Position numbers and translations under genes: made by a program
Notes under the pieces: generated by a model
What the model was told of the DNA's origin: nothing
What the model saw: the letters and a program-made list of their open reading frames with translations, nothing else
The model's database searches: none
Assembly: GCA_041659365.1 (NCBI GenBank)
Contig: JBAZYH010000004.1
Span: 164-64,163, forward strand
Direction: 5' to 3'
Length of the DNA stretch: 64,000 nucleotides
Source: Minisyncoccota bacterium
Lineage (GTDB): Bacteria > Patescibacteriota > Minisyncoccia > Phycocordibacterales > GWA1-40-21
In this document: piece by piece, positions 17,682 to 26,680 of the stretch
Layout: each line of letters opens with the position of its first letter
How positions within the stretch are numbered: position 1 is the first letter of the stretch

Positions 17682-18065
17682 ATGAATAATGTTATCTACA
17701 CTTATGGGCATAGTGCCCGTGCTTTTTCAGAGTTCTTAAAAGGGCTTAAAGAAAATAATATAGAAATATTAATAGATTGCAGAACTCACCCACATAGTCG
17801 CTTTTGCCCTTGGTTCAATCAAAAAGCCCTCTCAGAGGGTTTAAATAAGGAAAGTATCACTTATCTATTTAAAGGTAAAAACCTTGGTGGTATGGGGGAA
17901 AATATTGATTATGAAAAAACTATAGGCGAACTAGTAGAAATGGTTAAAAAGGGAAAGAAGGTTTGTGTTATGTGTAGTGAAAAAGATTATAGAAAATGTC
18001 ATAGATTTTTAATGCTCACTCCTTCATTTGAGACAATGGGTGTAAAAGTTGAACATATAGAGTAA
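17682..18065 (+). CDS. DUF488-family protein
   Basis: MNNVIYTYGHSARAFSEFLKGLKENNIEILIDCRTHPHSRFCPWFN matches the DUF488 N-terminal signature (IYTIGHS...LVDVR..P.SR). Confidence 0.6.
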   Translation: MNNVIYTYGHSARAFSEFLKGLKENNIEILIDCRTHPHSRFCPWFNQKALSEGLNKESITYLFKGKNLGGMGENIDYEKTIGELVEMVKKGKKVCVMCSEKDYRKCHRFLMLTPSFETMGVKVEHIE

Positions 18066-18075
18066 TATATATCTT

Positions 18076-18822
18076 ATGAAAGACAACTTCGTTAAAAAAT
18101 TACTTGAGCGATTAAGTCAAAAGCAAACCATTATAAAAAGAAATTATGGAGAAAATTTATATTTAGAAAATCGTAAAAAGTTAATATCTTTATTATTAAG
18201 TCACCCATATTATATTGAGGGAATTATTAAATTAAAAAATAGTATAAAAAATAGTAAAATTCCTGTTGGGGAAAGTAATGAAAAAGTATTTTTTTGGGAG
18301 CATTTCAATGATAATAATGTTCGTCTCATAAGAAAAAAGATTCAAAAATTAATATCAGAATTTAATTTTAATGTTTTATATATTAATGATATAGAACAAT
18401 TTACTTATGATTATATAATTTGTCCGTCTAGAATTGAAAAAATTTCAAAAGAGAATATACCCAGTTTGGTTATAGTTAATACAGACGAAGATAGAAAAAT
18501 TAATGCTCATTTATTTTCTTCAAATTCTCGATATATACAAATTTTTGACTGGACAACACTTAAAGATATACAAGAAAATTGGGATAAAATTAAAGAGGGT
18601 ATTTTAGAAAAATCTATAGAAATAGATGTGAGTGATGACCTTTCTAAACTTCTTTGGAAATTAAAATTAGAAGGAAAAAATATTAAAGAAATGACTTATG
18701 ACGTGAATACTAAATACAAATATTTGTTATCCAAAATAAAAGATAACCTCTTAGGCGAAGATAATACGAGGGTATATATACATCGCTATGAGACAAGGTT
18801 AAAAAAGTTAAAAGATTTTTAA
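18076..18822 (+). CDS. Hypothetical protein (248 aa)
   Basis: ORF only. Confidence 0.35.
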   Translation: MKDNFVKKLLERLSQKQTIIKRNYGENLYLENRKKLISLLLSHPYYIEGIIKLKNSIKNSKIPVGESNEKVFFWEHFNDNNVRLIRKKIQKLISEFNFNVLYINDIEQFTYDYIICPSRIEKISKENIPSLVIVNTDEDRKINAHLFSSNSRYIQIFDWTTLKDIQENWDKIKEGILEKSIEIDVSDDLSKLLWKLKLEGKNIKEMTYDVNTKYKYLLSKIKDNLLGEDNTRVYIHRYETRLKKLKDF

Positions 18823-19034
18823 AATATTACAGGTGACAATATCAACACCTGTAATATCGTAAAAAAGAATATTTTCCTAAGATATAAGAATGATATCTAA
18901 GGAAGATTTTAAAAAAGCTCTCGGAGAAAAGATTCATTCTATTTCAGAAGAAGATATAGAAAAACTGAGAATTGGAATGGATGAAATGGCGGAAATCCTT
19001 TTTGATATTTGGAATGATAAAATAATTAAATTAG

Positions 19035-20756
19035 ATGAAGGAAAAACAATTTCAACAACAAAAAATATGTAGTTTTGGAGTTGCTAGAGTTAGTTCTGAT
19101 AAACAAGCCCAAGAAGGTGAAAGTTTTGACGACCAAAGAGATGCGATTTCTCGCTTTGCTGAAAAGAAAGGTTGGGATAATGTTTGCACTTTTCAGTTTT
19201 CTCTTTCAGGTAGAACTGAGGTTGCCGAGCTTATTAAAAGAATAGTTGATTTTTTAGAGAAAACTCCACATAAAATAAAATACTGTATATTTAAAAAAAT
19301 TGACCGCATAACTAGAGCTGGAACTGATGGGTATTCTGAGATAAAAATAGCTCTCGAAAAATATGGTGTAGAAATAATTGATACTTACGAAATAATTCAA
19401 CCAGAAAGAAACACTCTGGAACATTTAGGTTTTGATTATGATTGGAGTCATTATTCTCCTACAGGGACAGCAATTTTAATGGAAGTTAATAGAGCCAAGG
19501 ATGAAACGCGGGATATTTTAACTAGGATGATTGGACAGGAAATAAGTCTTGTTCAACAAGGATATCGAGTCCGACAAGCTCCTGACGGTTTTAAAAATGA
19601 AACGATATATGTTAATGGTAAGAAAAAATGCATAATCGTTCCTAACTCACCAAGATGTGATTATTATCTAAAAATATTTGAATTGAGGGTTCAAGGAAAT
19701 CTCACTGATGAGGAAATTGTAAAACATATAAACGCTATCGGTTTTAAATCAAGACAAAAAATTATTTGGAATATTCACAGAAACCCTATCGGAAAAACTG
19801 AAGGGACGGCTTTAACAGTTAAGCAATTACAAAGAATTGTTCAACGTCCCGTTTATGCTGGTTTTAATTATGAAAAATGGACGCATTATAAGCTTATCAA
19901 GGGTCAATACGATGGAATTGTGTCAATTGATACTTTTAATAGAGCAAATCGTGGAAAAGTTTTTATTAAGGAAAATAATGATAAAAGTTATGAATTAATT
20001 CATAATTACTCAGCAATAAGACAATCTTCAAGAAACAAAAATAATCCATTATTTCCTTTTAAATGGGTATGCTGTGATAAATGTAAAAAACCATTTTTAG
20101 CAAGCTCTCCAAAAGGTAAATCTGGGGAGGGGTTTCCTGTATATCATTGTGGTGTAAAAAATAATTTATCTAGAAATCACAAATATTATGGTATACCAAA
20201 AGATGTTTTAGATTCAAATGTTGAAATCTTACTTAAATCTTTAGAGTTTAATGATGAATATCTAGATGTATTTGAAAAAGTTCTTATAAATAAATATAGA
20301 GAACGAGAAAAAGAAGTGGTTCAAGACTCATCAAATATAAATAGAAATATTTCTAATCTACAAAGTGAACAAGTAAATTTAATAAATCAATTAATTAATA
20401 TTGAGAGCAAGATTGCTCGTAAAAATATTGAAGAAAGGATTGAGAGACTAGAAATTGATATTAATAAAGCTCGTTCGCAGAGAGATGAAATGGAAATAAA
20501 AGAGCACGATATTAAATCTTATATTAGAAGTGCAAAATATTTAATGGAACACCCAAGAGAATTGCTTATAGAACCTGATGATTTTAATATTCAGAAAGCT
20601 TTAATGAACTTAGTTTTTGATACTATGCCGACCTACTCTGAAATAATCAATGGAACACCCAAATTAGCTTTAATTTTCAAGCTATCAGAACAATTTAAAA
20701 TAAACAAAAACCTATTGGTGACCTTACGGGGAATCGAACCCCGATTACAGCCTTGA
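19035..20756 (+). CDS. Large serine recombinase (integrase). Its 3' end overlaps tRNA-Glu.
   Basis: N-terminal resolvase catalytic domain (GVARVSSDKQAQEGESFDDQRDAI), recombinase domain, zinc ribbon (CDKCKKPF...YHCG), coiled coil. The last about 40 nt are the tRNA-Glu 3' part. Confidence 0.85.
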   Translation: MKEKQFQQQKICSFGVARVSSDKQAQEGESFDDQRDAISRFAEKKGWDNVCTFQFSLSGRTEVAELIKRIVDFLEKTPHKIKYCIFKKIDRITRAGTDGYSEIKIALEKYGVEIIDTYEIIQPERNTLEHLGFDYDWSHYSPTGTAILMEVNRAKDETRDILTRMIGQEISLVQQGYRVRQAPDGFKNETIYVNGKKKCIIVPNSPRCDYYLKIFELRVQGNLTDEEIVKHINAIGFKSRQKIIWNIHRNPIGKTEGTALTVKQLQRIVQRPVYAGFNYEKWTHYKLIKGQYDGIVSIDTFNRANRGKVFIKENNDKSYELIHNYSAIRQSSRNKNNPLFPFKWVCCDKCKKPFLASSPKGKSGEGFPVYHCGVKNNLSRNHKYYGIPKDVLDSNVEILLKSLEFNDEYLDVFEKVLINKYREREKEVVQDSSNINRNISNLQSEQVNLINQLINIESKIARKNIEERIERLEIDINKARSQRDEMEIKEHDIKSYIRSAKYLMEHPRELLIEPDDFNIQKALMNLVFDTMPTYSEIINGTPKLALIFKLSEQFKINKNLLVTLRGIEPRLQP

Positions 20757-20790
20757 AAAGGCCGTGTCCTAACCGTTAGACGATAAGGCC
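20716..20790 (-). tRNA. tRNA-Glu(UUC), CCA encoded
   Basis: Minus-strand read: ggcctta-tc-gtct-aacggtta-ggac. Anticodon stem cggcc/ggctg, loop ttTTCaa. T-arm cgggg-ttcgatt-ccccg. Acceptor 3' strand taaggtc, then acca. Confidence 0.85.
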
Positions 20791-20796
20791 AAACTA

Positions 20797-20970
20797 TTTA
20801 AATACCAAACAAATCAAACCCCGAATTTACCTTCTTACAGAAGCAGTATACCTGTTCTGTTTTTTATTTCACTATCGTTCATATAAAACTATCACAGGTT
20901 TTGAATTGCTCCATGTATTCGCAATTCAACCTCTCAAAGGCCCGTCTTCTAACCGTTAGACGATAAGGCC
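20797..20970 (-). pseudogene. Degenerate tandem pseudo-tRNA-Glu. The 5' 30 nt are about 90% identical, then an insertion of about 95 nt (hairpin), then a degenerate T-arm.
   Basis: + strand 20941-20970 cccgtcttctaaccgttagacgataaggcc against the tRNA cognate gccgtgtcctaaccgttagacgataaggcc. Downstream aattcggggtttgattt against aatcggggttcgattcc. Confidence 0.6.
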
Positions 20971-21086
20971 AATAATCTTTATTTTAGTATACGGTGTATT
21001 GTATAAAGTATAAAAAAATAAATTTCAAATACCGAAAAAATATAACATTTTTTTGTAAAAAAAGCAAAATAATGATAACCTTTATT

Positions 21087-21183
21087 AGTCAAATTTGGAG
21101 AGGTGGCTGAGTGGTTGAAGGCACCGCATTCGAAACGCGGCAAGCTCGAAAGGGTTTCGGGAGTTCGAATCTCCCTCTCTCCG
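21087..21183 (+). tRNA. tRNA-Ser(CGA), class II with a long variable arm
   Basis: ggagagg-tg-gct-gagtggttgaa-ggc. Anticodon loop ttCGAaa. Variable arm caagctcgaaagggtttcgg. T-arm gggag-ttcgaat-ctccc. Acceptor 3' strand tctctcc. Confidence 0.8.
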
Positions 21184-21197
21184 CAGAGTCGTGATAG

Positions 21198-21258
21198 CAC
21201 GAGATACATACTAAGAAACATCCTGGCTAGGATGTTTCTTAGTATGTATCTCGCGTAC
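21198..21258. terminator. Perfect inverted repeat of about 26 bp, a bidirectional terminator
   Basis: gcacgagatacatactaagaaacatcctggctaggatgtttcttagtatgtatctcgcg. Confidence 0.75.
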
Positions 21259-21271
21259 AATAAATATTTAT

Positions 21272-21934
21272 CTATTCCTCATCCTTAATCAATCCATCCT
21301 TAAGCCAGATAACCCGATCTACATATTTTTTATCTTCTGGTTCGTGTGTCACAACAAGAATCGTTTGTTTTAATTCTTTATTAAGTTTTTGAAAAAGTTT
21401 GAAAACAACTTCCGAAGAAACAGTATCAAGATTGGCAGTAGGTTCATCAGCAAAAAGAACTTTAGGATTATTAATTAAAGATCGTGCAATAGCTACTCTT
21501 TGTTGTTCTCCTCCAGACATCTCATTTGGGTAATGATTCATTCTATCTTTCAATCCAACTAAATCCAAAAGATGTTCTGCTCTTTCTTTTGCACTATCAT
21601 CACCAAAAGCCATAGCTGGGAAAGAAACATTCTCAAGTGCTGTAAATTCAGCAATTAAAGCATATTCTTGAAAGACATAACCTAAATACTGAAGTCTAAA
21701 TCTTGTTCTTTCTGAATCTGATAAAGTTAAAACATTAAATTTATTAATTACAACACTACCACTTGTTGGCATATCAAGTAACCCTAATTGATGTAACAAT
21801 GTTGATTTTCCAGATCCACTTCTGCCCATGAGTGCCACAAATTCTCCTTCAGCGATTTCAAGGGACACACCCTTTAATGCTAATGTTGGAACTTCTCCTG
21901 GATATGTTTTTATAAGATTTTCTACTTTAATCAT
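21272..21934 (-). CDS. ABC transporter ATP-binding protein (MacB/LolD/FtsE type)
   Basis: Walker A GRSGSGKST, ABC signature LSGGEQQRVAIAR, Walker B ILFADEPT. Confidence 0.85.
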   Translation of the reverse strand: MIKVENLIKTYPGEVPTLALKGVSLEIAEGEFVALMGRSGSGKSTLLHQLGLLDMPTSGSVVINKFNVLTLSDSERTRFRLQYLGYVFQEYALIAEFTALENVSFPAMAFGDDSAKERAEHLLDLVGLKDRMNHYPNEMSGGEQQRVAIARSLINNPKVLFADEPTANLDTVSSEVVFKLFQKLNKELKQTILVVTHEPEDKKYVDRVIWLKDGLIKDEE

Positions 21935-21944
21935 AATATTTTAA

Positions 21945-23177
21945 TTAGCCCCAGATTGATTTAAGAATATCTTCTCTTGCTACTATTTTAGCAGGAATAT
22001 ATCCAGCTAAAATTCCAGCAATGATAAGACTACTAATGTTTATAATAATTCCAAAAGATGTATAAACTAAAACTGCATCTCCAAATGGCATAGTAATAGG
22101 TTTAACTGCCATTATAGGAATGACTACAAAATATATAATTATTAACCCTCCAATGATTCCTAGTGCAGAATAAAATATTGATTGAATAATATATGATACT
22201 TCAATAATACTTTCTTTTATTCCAATAGCTTTTAAAATACCAATCTGTCTACGCTTGCTAACCGCATTAACGTAGATCATAACAAAGATAGTTATAGCTG
22301 AAACAATAATACTAATAACACTTACTATAACAGCGATAAGATTAAAAGCTGTAACAAGTATGCCAACAGTTGATAATCTAGATGTGTATTTTTCAAGCTT
22401 AAGATTAGGAATCATCTGGCTAATTTTATTGGTATATTCATCAAGTGTATTTTTCTCTAGATCAACTTTCACCATAATTTCTGAAGCACTATTGTAAGTA
22501 GATAGTAAACTTTCTGCTTCAGAGGTTGAAATAAAAGCAGCACTAGCAACAGATCCAACCATAGAAAGTTTGAATATGCCTACTATTGTATAAGTTCTAG
22601 TAATTCCATTTGAATAATTTATTTGTATTTTACTTCCAACAGTTGCACCTCCTAGGTCTTTGGTTTGTTTTGTGCCAAAACCACCCGATAGATTTGCCCC
22701 TAAAACTATTTCATCATCTTTTAAATTATCTGGAAATTTTCCAGATACCATATATTTATTTATAGTTAAAATATTTTTTTCCTCAGATTGAGTTACTCCA
22801 ATTATTTGGGCAGAAGTATATTTAAAATTACCATCTCTTTCTTTATCGTAGGATAAAGTACCCCCAAGTTGATAGTGTCTTGCAGTTCCAACAACCCCAG
22901 GAATTGTTTCAATTTCCGCACGTACTCTATCTTGATCGAAAACAAAAGGTTTAATGGTTGGTTCTTCTTGTGGCATAACAATAATATGTGCTGTTGAATT
23001 ATCTATCATTGATTTCATTACTCCATCAGAAAAACCATAAAGAAAACCCGAAACAAACATAAGGTTAAAAAAGGAAAGCGATAAAATAAAGATAATAAGA
23101 GCAATTGTAGATTTATGACCCTTTGTTATAGTTTTATATGCAATAAAGAATGCTGTTTTTAAATCAGTACTATTCAT
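21945..23177 (-). CDS. ABC transporter permease, FtsX/MacB-like (four TM, large periplasmic domain)
   Basis: N-terminal TM, periplasmic domain of about 220 aa, C-terminal three-TM FtsX-like region. Confidence 0.7.
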   Translation of the reverse strand: MNSTDLKTAFFIAYKTITKGHKSTIALIIFILSLSFFNLMFVSGFLYGFSDGVMKSMIDNSTAHIIVMPQEEPTIKPFVFDQDRVRAEIETIPGVVGTARHYQLGGTLSYDKERDGNFKYTSAQIIGVTQSEEKNILTINKYMVSGKFPDNLKDDEIVLGANLSGGFGTKQTKDLGGATVGSKIQINYSNGITRTYTIVGIFKLSMVGSVASAAFISTSEAESLLSTYNSASEIMVKVDLEKNTLDEYTNKISQMIPNLKLEKYTSRLSTVGILVTAFNLIAVIVSVISIIVSAITIFVMIYVNAVSKRRQIGILKAIGIKESIIEVSYIIQSIFYSALGIIGGLIIIYFVVIPIMAVKPITMPFGDAVLVYTSFGIIINISSLIIAGILAGYIPAKIVAREDILKSIWG

Positions 23178-23179
23178 AT

Positions 23180-24640
23180 CTATTTTTTACTTTGTGTAGA
23201 AACCATTACCTGTTCTCCCTCTTCGAGACCTGATATTATTTCTATCATACCTGCTGAATTTTTAATTCCAGTAGTCACATCTCTGTTGATTGTTTTTTTA
23301 TTTTCTAAAATCTGCACATATTTTTTATTATCTTTAATTCGTATTGCACTTACGGGAATAAATAGTGCATTCTCTTTAACATCTGTTCTAATTAAAACAT
23401 TAGCTGTCATTCCAGATTTAATATGTTCATCAACCTTATCAAATATAATTGTTGTCTCGTAATAGACCGCACCCTGAATTTCAGTCTCAGCTGGATCAAT
23501 AGAAACTATTTTCCCACTAAATTTCTGATTCTCAATTGCATCAAATGTAATCTCTGCTTCTTGTCCAACCTTAACATTGATAATTTTATCCTCTATAATA
23601 TTTAATTTAATTTGAAGAACATTTTCAGCAACAAATGATACAACTGGCTTATCTGGATTTATAATTTCTCCAATCTCGCCATTAATTTTAGTTATTAACC
23701 CAGATGATGGAGCTAAAATAATTAGTTCATTTCTTTGTGATTGAATTTTTTGAAGTAAGGCCTTAGCTTGATTAACTTGTGCTTGATATACAGCAATATC
23801 TAAAGATCTTGCAGGGGCTTTTTTTAATGCTAGTTCGGCAGTACGTTGATCTATTAAAGATTTTGCTTGTGAAAGAGCAGATTGATACGCATTATAATTA
23901 GCTAGATAATTAGAGGCTTTTTTATTTGGAATTTCAATAACCCAGTTGGTCGACAAAGTACTTGGATCTGATGGAAATTTAATATATAAGCCTGAATTAC
24001 CAAGTGGTTGCGGGGTAATAGTATTTGCTAACCCTGTTCCAGTGGTTAATCCTGACAAAGTATAGCTTGTTCCACCTGAGCTGTTGTATGTTTCTATTGT
24101 TATCTTACCCTCTTTACCAATATTGTATGTTCCGCTAATTGTCGGGGCAATATAATTATCTTCTTCTTCCTCAGGAACTGCTTCGGGGGTAGAATTTAAT
24201 AGATTTTGATAAGCATTATTAATCAGAGTTTCTTGTGTGTTTTTAGTCTGTTCAAGTGTAATTTGAGAAAGTGAGACTTCTTCATCAGAGGCTCCACCCA
24301 AAAGTTGATCTAGTTTTGCTTGTTGCAATTCAATACCTGCTTTCATCTCTGAAACTTGAGCGTCAAGCTCCGCAGTATCTTGTTTAGCAAGAATTTGACC
24401 AGCTAAAACCTTTTTTCCTGTTCCCGTATTAATTGATACCAATTTACCACTATTTTTAAAATGTAGATCTATTTTAGTGGGAAATTCAACTTTACCAGTC
24501 GCAGAAACATCTTGTACTAAAGTACCTCTTTTAACTGAAATTAATTCAGATGGAATATTATTATTCTTCCAAATAATAAAACCTATAATACTAATAATAA
24601 CTATAGCTCCTATGGTAATAAATAAAGTTTTTTTTCTCAT
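23180..24640 (-). CDS. Periplasmic adaptor (HlyD/MacA family membrane-fusion protein)
   Basis: N-terminal TM, long coiled coil (LDAQVSEMKAGIELQQAKLDQL...), beta-barrel and lipoyl-like regions typical of MFPs. Same operon as the ABC permease and ATPase. Confidence 0.7.
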   Translation of the reverse strand: MRKKTLFITIGAIVIISIIGFIIWKNNNIPSELISVKRGTLVQDVSATGKVEFPTKIDLHFKNSGKLVSINTGTGKKVLAGQILAKQDTAELDAQVSEMKAGIELQQAKLDQLLGGASDEEVSLSQITLEQTKNTQETLINNAYQNLLNSTPEAVPEEEEDNYIAPTISGTYNIGKEGKITIETYNSSGGTSYTLSGLTTGTGLANTITPQPLGNSGLYIKFPSDPSTLSTNWVIEIPNKKASNYLANYNAYQSALSQAKSLIDQRTAELALKKAPARSLDIAVYQAQVNQAKALLQKIQSQRNELIILAPSSGLITKINGEIGEIINPDKPVVSFVAENVLQIKLNIIEDKIINVKVGQEAEITFDAIENQKFSGKIVSIDPAETEIQGAVYYETTIIFDKVDEHIKSGMTANVLIRTDVKENALFIPVSAIRIKDNKKYVQILENKKTINRDVTTGIKNSAGMIEIISGLEEGEQVMVSTQSKK

Positions 24641-24766
24641 AAAATAAAATAATTGGACTTTTTTTAATAATACTGATACATTAAGTTAATGATTACATCA
24701 TGTTTCTTTATTGTAAACTATCTTAATCATAAAGTAATTCTATTAATAATGCAACCATACTAAATT

Positions 24767-25279
24767 ATGTCTCCTCTAAAATTAGAAACACGTGAGCAAA
24801 TAGTCAATAATTTGATGGTCTCAATTCGTAAAGAGATTCGTGCAGCTACCCTTTTTGTACACACAATGTCTGAAATTACAGGAATGCACCCTACAGATAT
24901 AAAATGTCTAGATTTTTTGAGTGATGTTAAATTCGCAACAGCTGGAGAATTAGCCAAAATTACAGGACTTACAACTGGTGCAATTACAGCAGTCATAGAT
25001 AGATTGGAAAAAATAGGTTTTGTAAAACGCGAGGCAGATAGTAAAGATAGAAGAAAAATTATAGTTAGAATAGTAGCAGAACATCCAAATAACCTAGAAC
25101 TAGTAAGAAATATTTTTGCAGATAAATTACCTAATAATTTATCTGAATACAAAGATGAAGAACTTAATCTAATTACAAATTGGAACAAAAAACTATCTGA
25201 TATTTTCCACAGTGAAATAGAAAAAATAAAAACTTCAAAGAAGGAATTAAACCCTAAATTAAAATCTAACAGTTTTTAA
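24767..25279 (+). CDS. MarR-family transcriptional regulator
   Basis: GELAKITGLTTGAITAVIDRLEKIGFVKREADSKDRRKIIVRI is a MarR winged helix. Confidence 0.75.
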   Translation: MSPLKLETREQIVNNLMVSIRKEIRAATLFVHTMSEITGMHPTDIKCLDFLSDVKFATAGELAKITGLTTGAITAVIDRLEKIGFVKREADSKDRRKIIVRIVAEHPNNLELVRNIFADKLPNNLSEYKDEELNLITNWNKKLSDIFHSEIEKIKTSKKELNPKLKSNSF

Positions 25280-26588
25280 AACTAATCTTCTTTTTACTCA
25301 AACAAATCCTGCTTTTCAAACACCCCAATAATTCTCTCTTTTCCAAATCACTCCCTTCCCTCAATACATATCTAGCATATCCTCGTATATCAACACTTGG
25401 TATACTAACTTTTTCTTTAGTTCCCAAAAAGAATTTTTGTAAGTTGGTAAATTTCTCAACATCCGTTTTAATTTTTTCTTTAATCTGAATCTCATTTATA
25501 TTAATCTTTTCAATTAATTCTTCGAACTGTTTGAGAATATCTTTTTCTTCTGTATAACCACATTTGCAGTCGGTGCCTCGTGCCTTGGTGCAACCATAAT
25601 AGACGTATCTTGTAATTGTTCCGTTCTTATATTTCTTAAATTTTTCATCAGCACATATACCCGATCCACAAAGTCCGCAGGTCATCATTTTGGTGAAAGC
25701 AAATTCTTTGTTTTCGATCCTTAAAACATTACTTTTTATTTGCTCTTGGACTAAATTAAATAACTCTTTCGTAATTAGCGGTTCATGCTTTCCTGTATAC
25801 CAATTACCAGATTTTTTGGGATATTCAAATACCCCATAATAGAATGGATTATCTAAAATTTTATAAAGATTACCTAAACTTAGATGTTTCTTACCAACTG
25901 CCGTTCTGAAGTTTAACTCAAACCTCAACCAGTTGTATATCTTCCTCCCACTCCAATGTTCATATGCTACTTTCTCAAACATTTTTTTGATAGTTGATGC
26001 TCTTTCTGGGTCAACCAACACTTCACATTTTTTATTTGTCATTTTTTGGTTTAAATAACCAGTAGGTGCTACCCCTGGCCTTAGTCCCATTTCACATCTA
26101 GTTCTCAATCCTCGTTTAACATTTACACTTTTATTATCATTTTCAAGTTTTGCTTGAGAACATAGAATCATTAATAGAAACTTTTCATTTGGTGAGTTCT
26201 TAAAGTGTTGTCCGTAAGTTCGTATCTCTAAAAGTAATTGTTGATCCATTAAATCAACCACACTCCCTAGGTCGCCTGCATTACGAGATAGACGATCTGG
26301 TGCCCAAGTTAATATCCCATTAAATCGTCCTCGTCGTATGTCTTCCAGTATTTCTTTGTATACTGGTCGTTGTCCTGATTCTTTAGCTGAATGAGATTCT
26401 TTTCTGATTTCAACTACTTCCAAGTCCTCACGTTCAGCAAGTTGTAACATTTCCTTAACCTGTGAATCAATTGAAAGAACCTGACGTTCTTCTGACTCAG
26501 TTGATTTTCTTGCATACAATACATATTTAATTTTCTCTACTTGGCTAATAATGGGATGGTTAAACTGTGCTGTTGTATATGTTTCCAT
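25266..26588 (-). CDS. Large serine recombinase (second copy)
   Basis: YARKSTESEERQ...(resolvase catalytic Ser), recombinase domain, zinc ribbon CGLCGSGICADEK...YYGCTKARGTDCKCGY. Confidence 0.85.
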   Translation of the reverse strand: METYTTAQFNHPIISQVEKIKYVLYARKSTESEERQVLSIDSQVKEMLQLAEREDLEVVEIRKESHSAKESGQRPVYKEILEDIRRGRFNGILTWAPDRLSRNAGDLGSVVDLMDQQLLLEIRTYGQHFKNSPNEKFLLMILCSQAKLENDNKSVNVKRGLRTRCEMGLRPGVAPTGYLNQKMTNKKCEVLVDPERASTIKKMFEKVAYEHWSGRKIYNWLRFELNFRTAVGKKHLSLGNLYKILDNPFYYGVFEYPKKSGNWYTGKHEPLITKELFNLVQEQIKSNVLRIENKEFAFTKMMTCGLCGSGICADEKFKKYKNGTITRYVYYGCTKARGTDCKCGYTEEKDILKQFEELIEKININEIQIKEKIKTDVEKFTNLQKFFLGTKEKVSIPSVDIRGYARYVLREGSDLEKRELLGCLKSRICLSKKKISFKNC

Positions 26589-26680
26589 ATACCAATGGTG
26601 TCAGAGAAAGAGTCTTTTGCTAAGTCTATGCAGAACTATGAATACGTAGTATGGTCGCGAGTATCTTTTTAATGATTTTA

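Noticed and set aside
20716-20790. Considered whether the second tRNA-Glu-like sequence (20797-20970) is an intron-containing functional tRNA.
   Set aside because: D-stem and anticodon-stem pairing are lost, and the 3' acceptor strand is missing. It is scored as a pseudogene instead.
20979-21288. ORFs 20979-21260 (-) and 21103-21288 (+).
   Set aside because: They overlap tRNA-Ser and the 26-bp perfect terminator hairpin and are translation artifacts of structured RNA.
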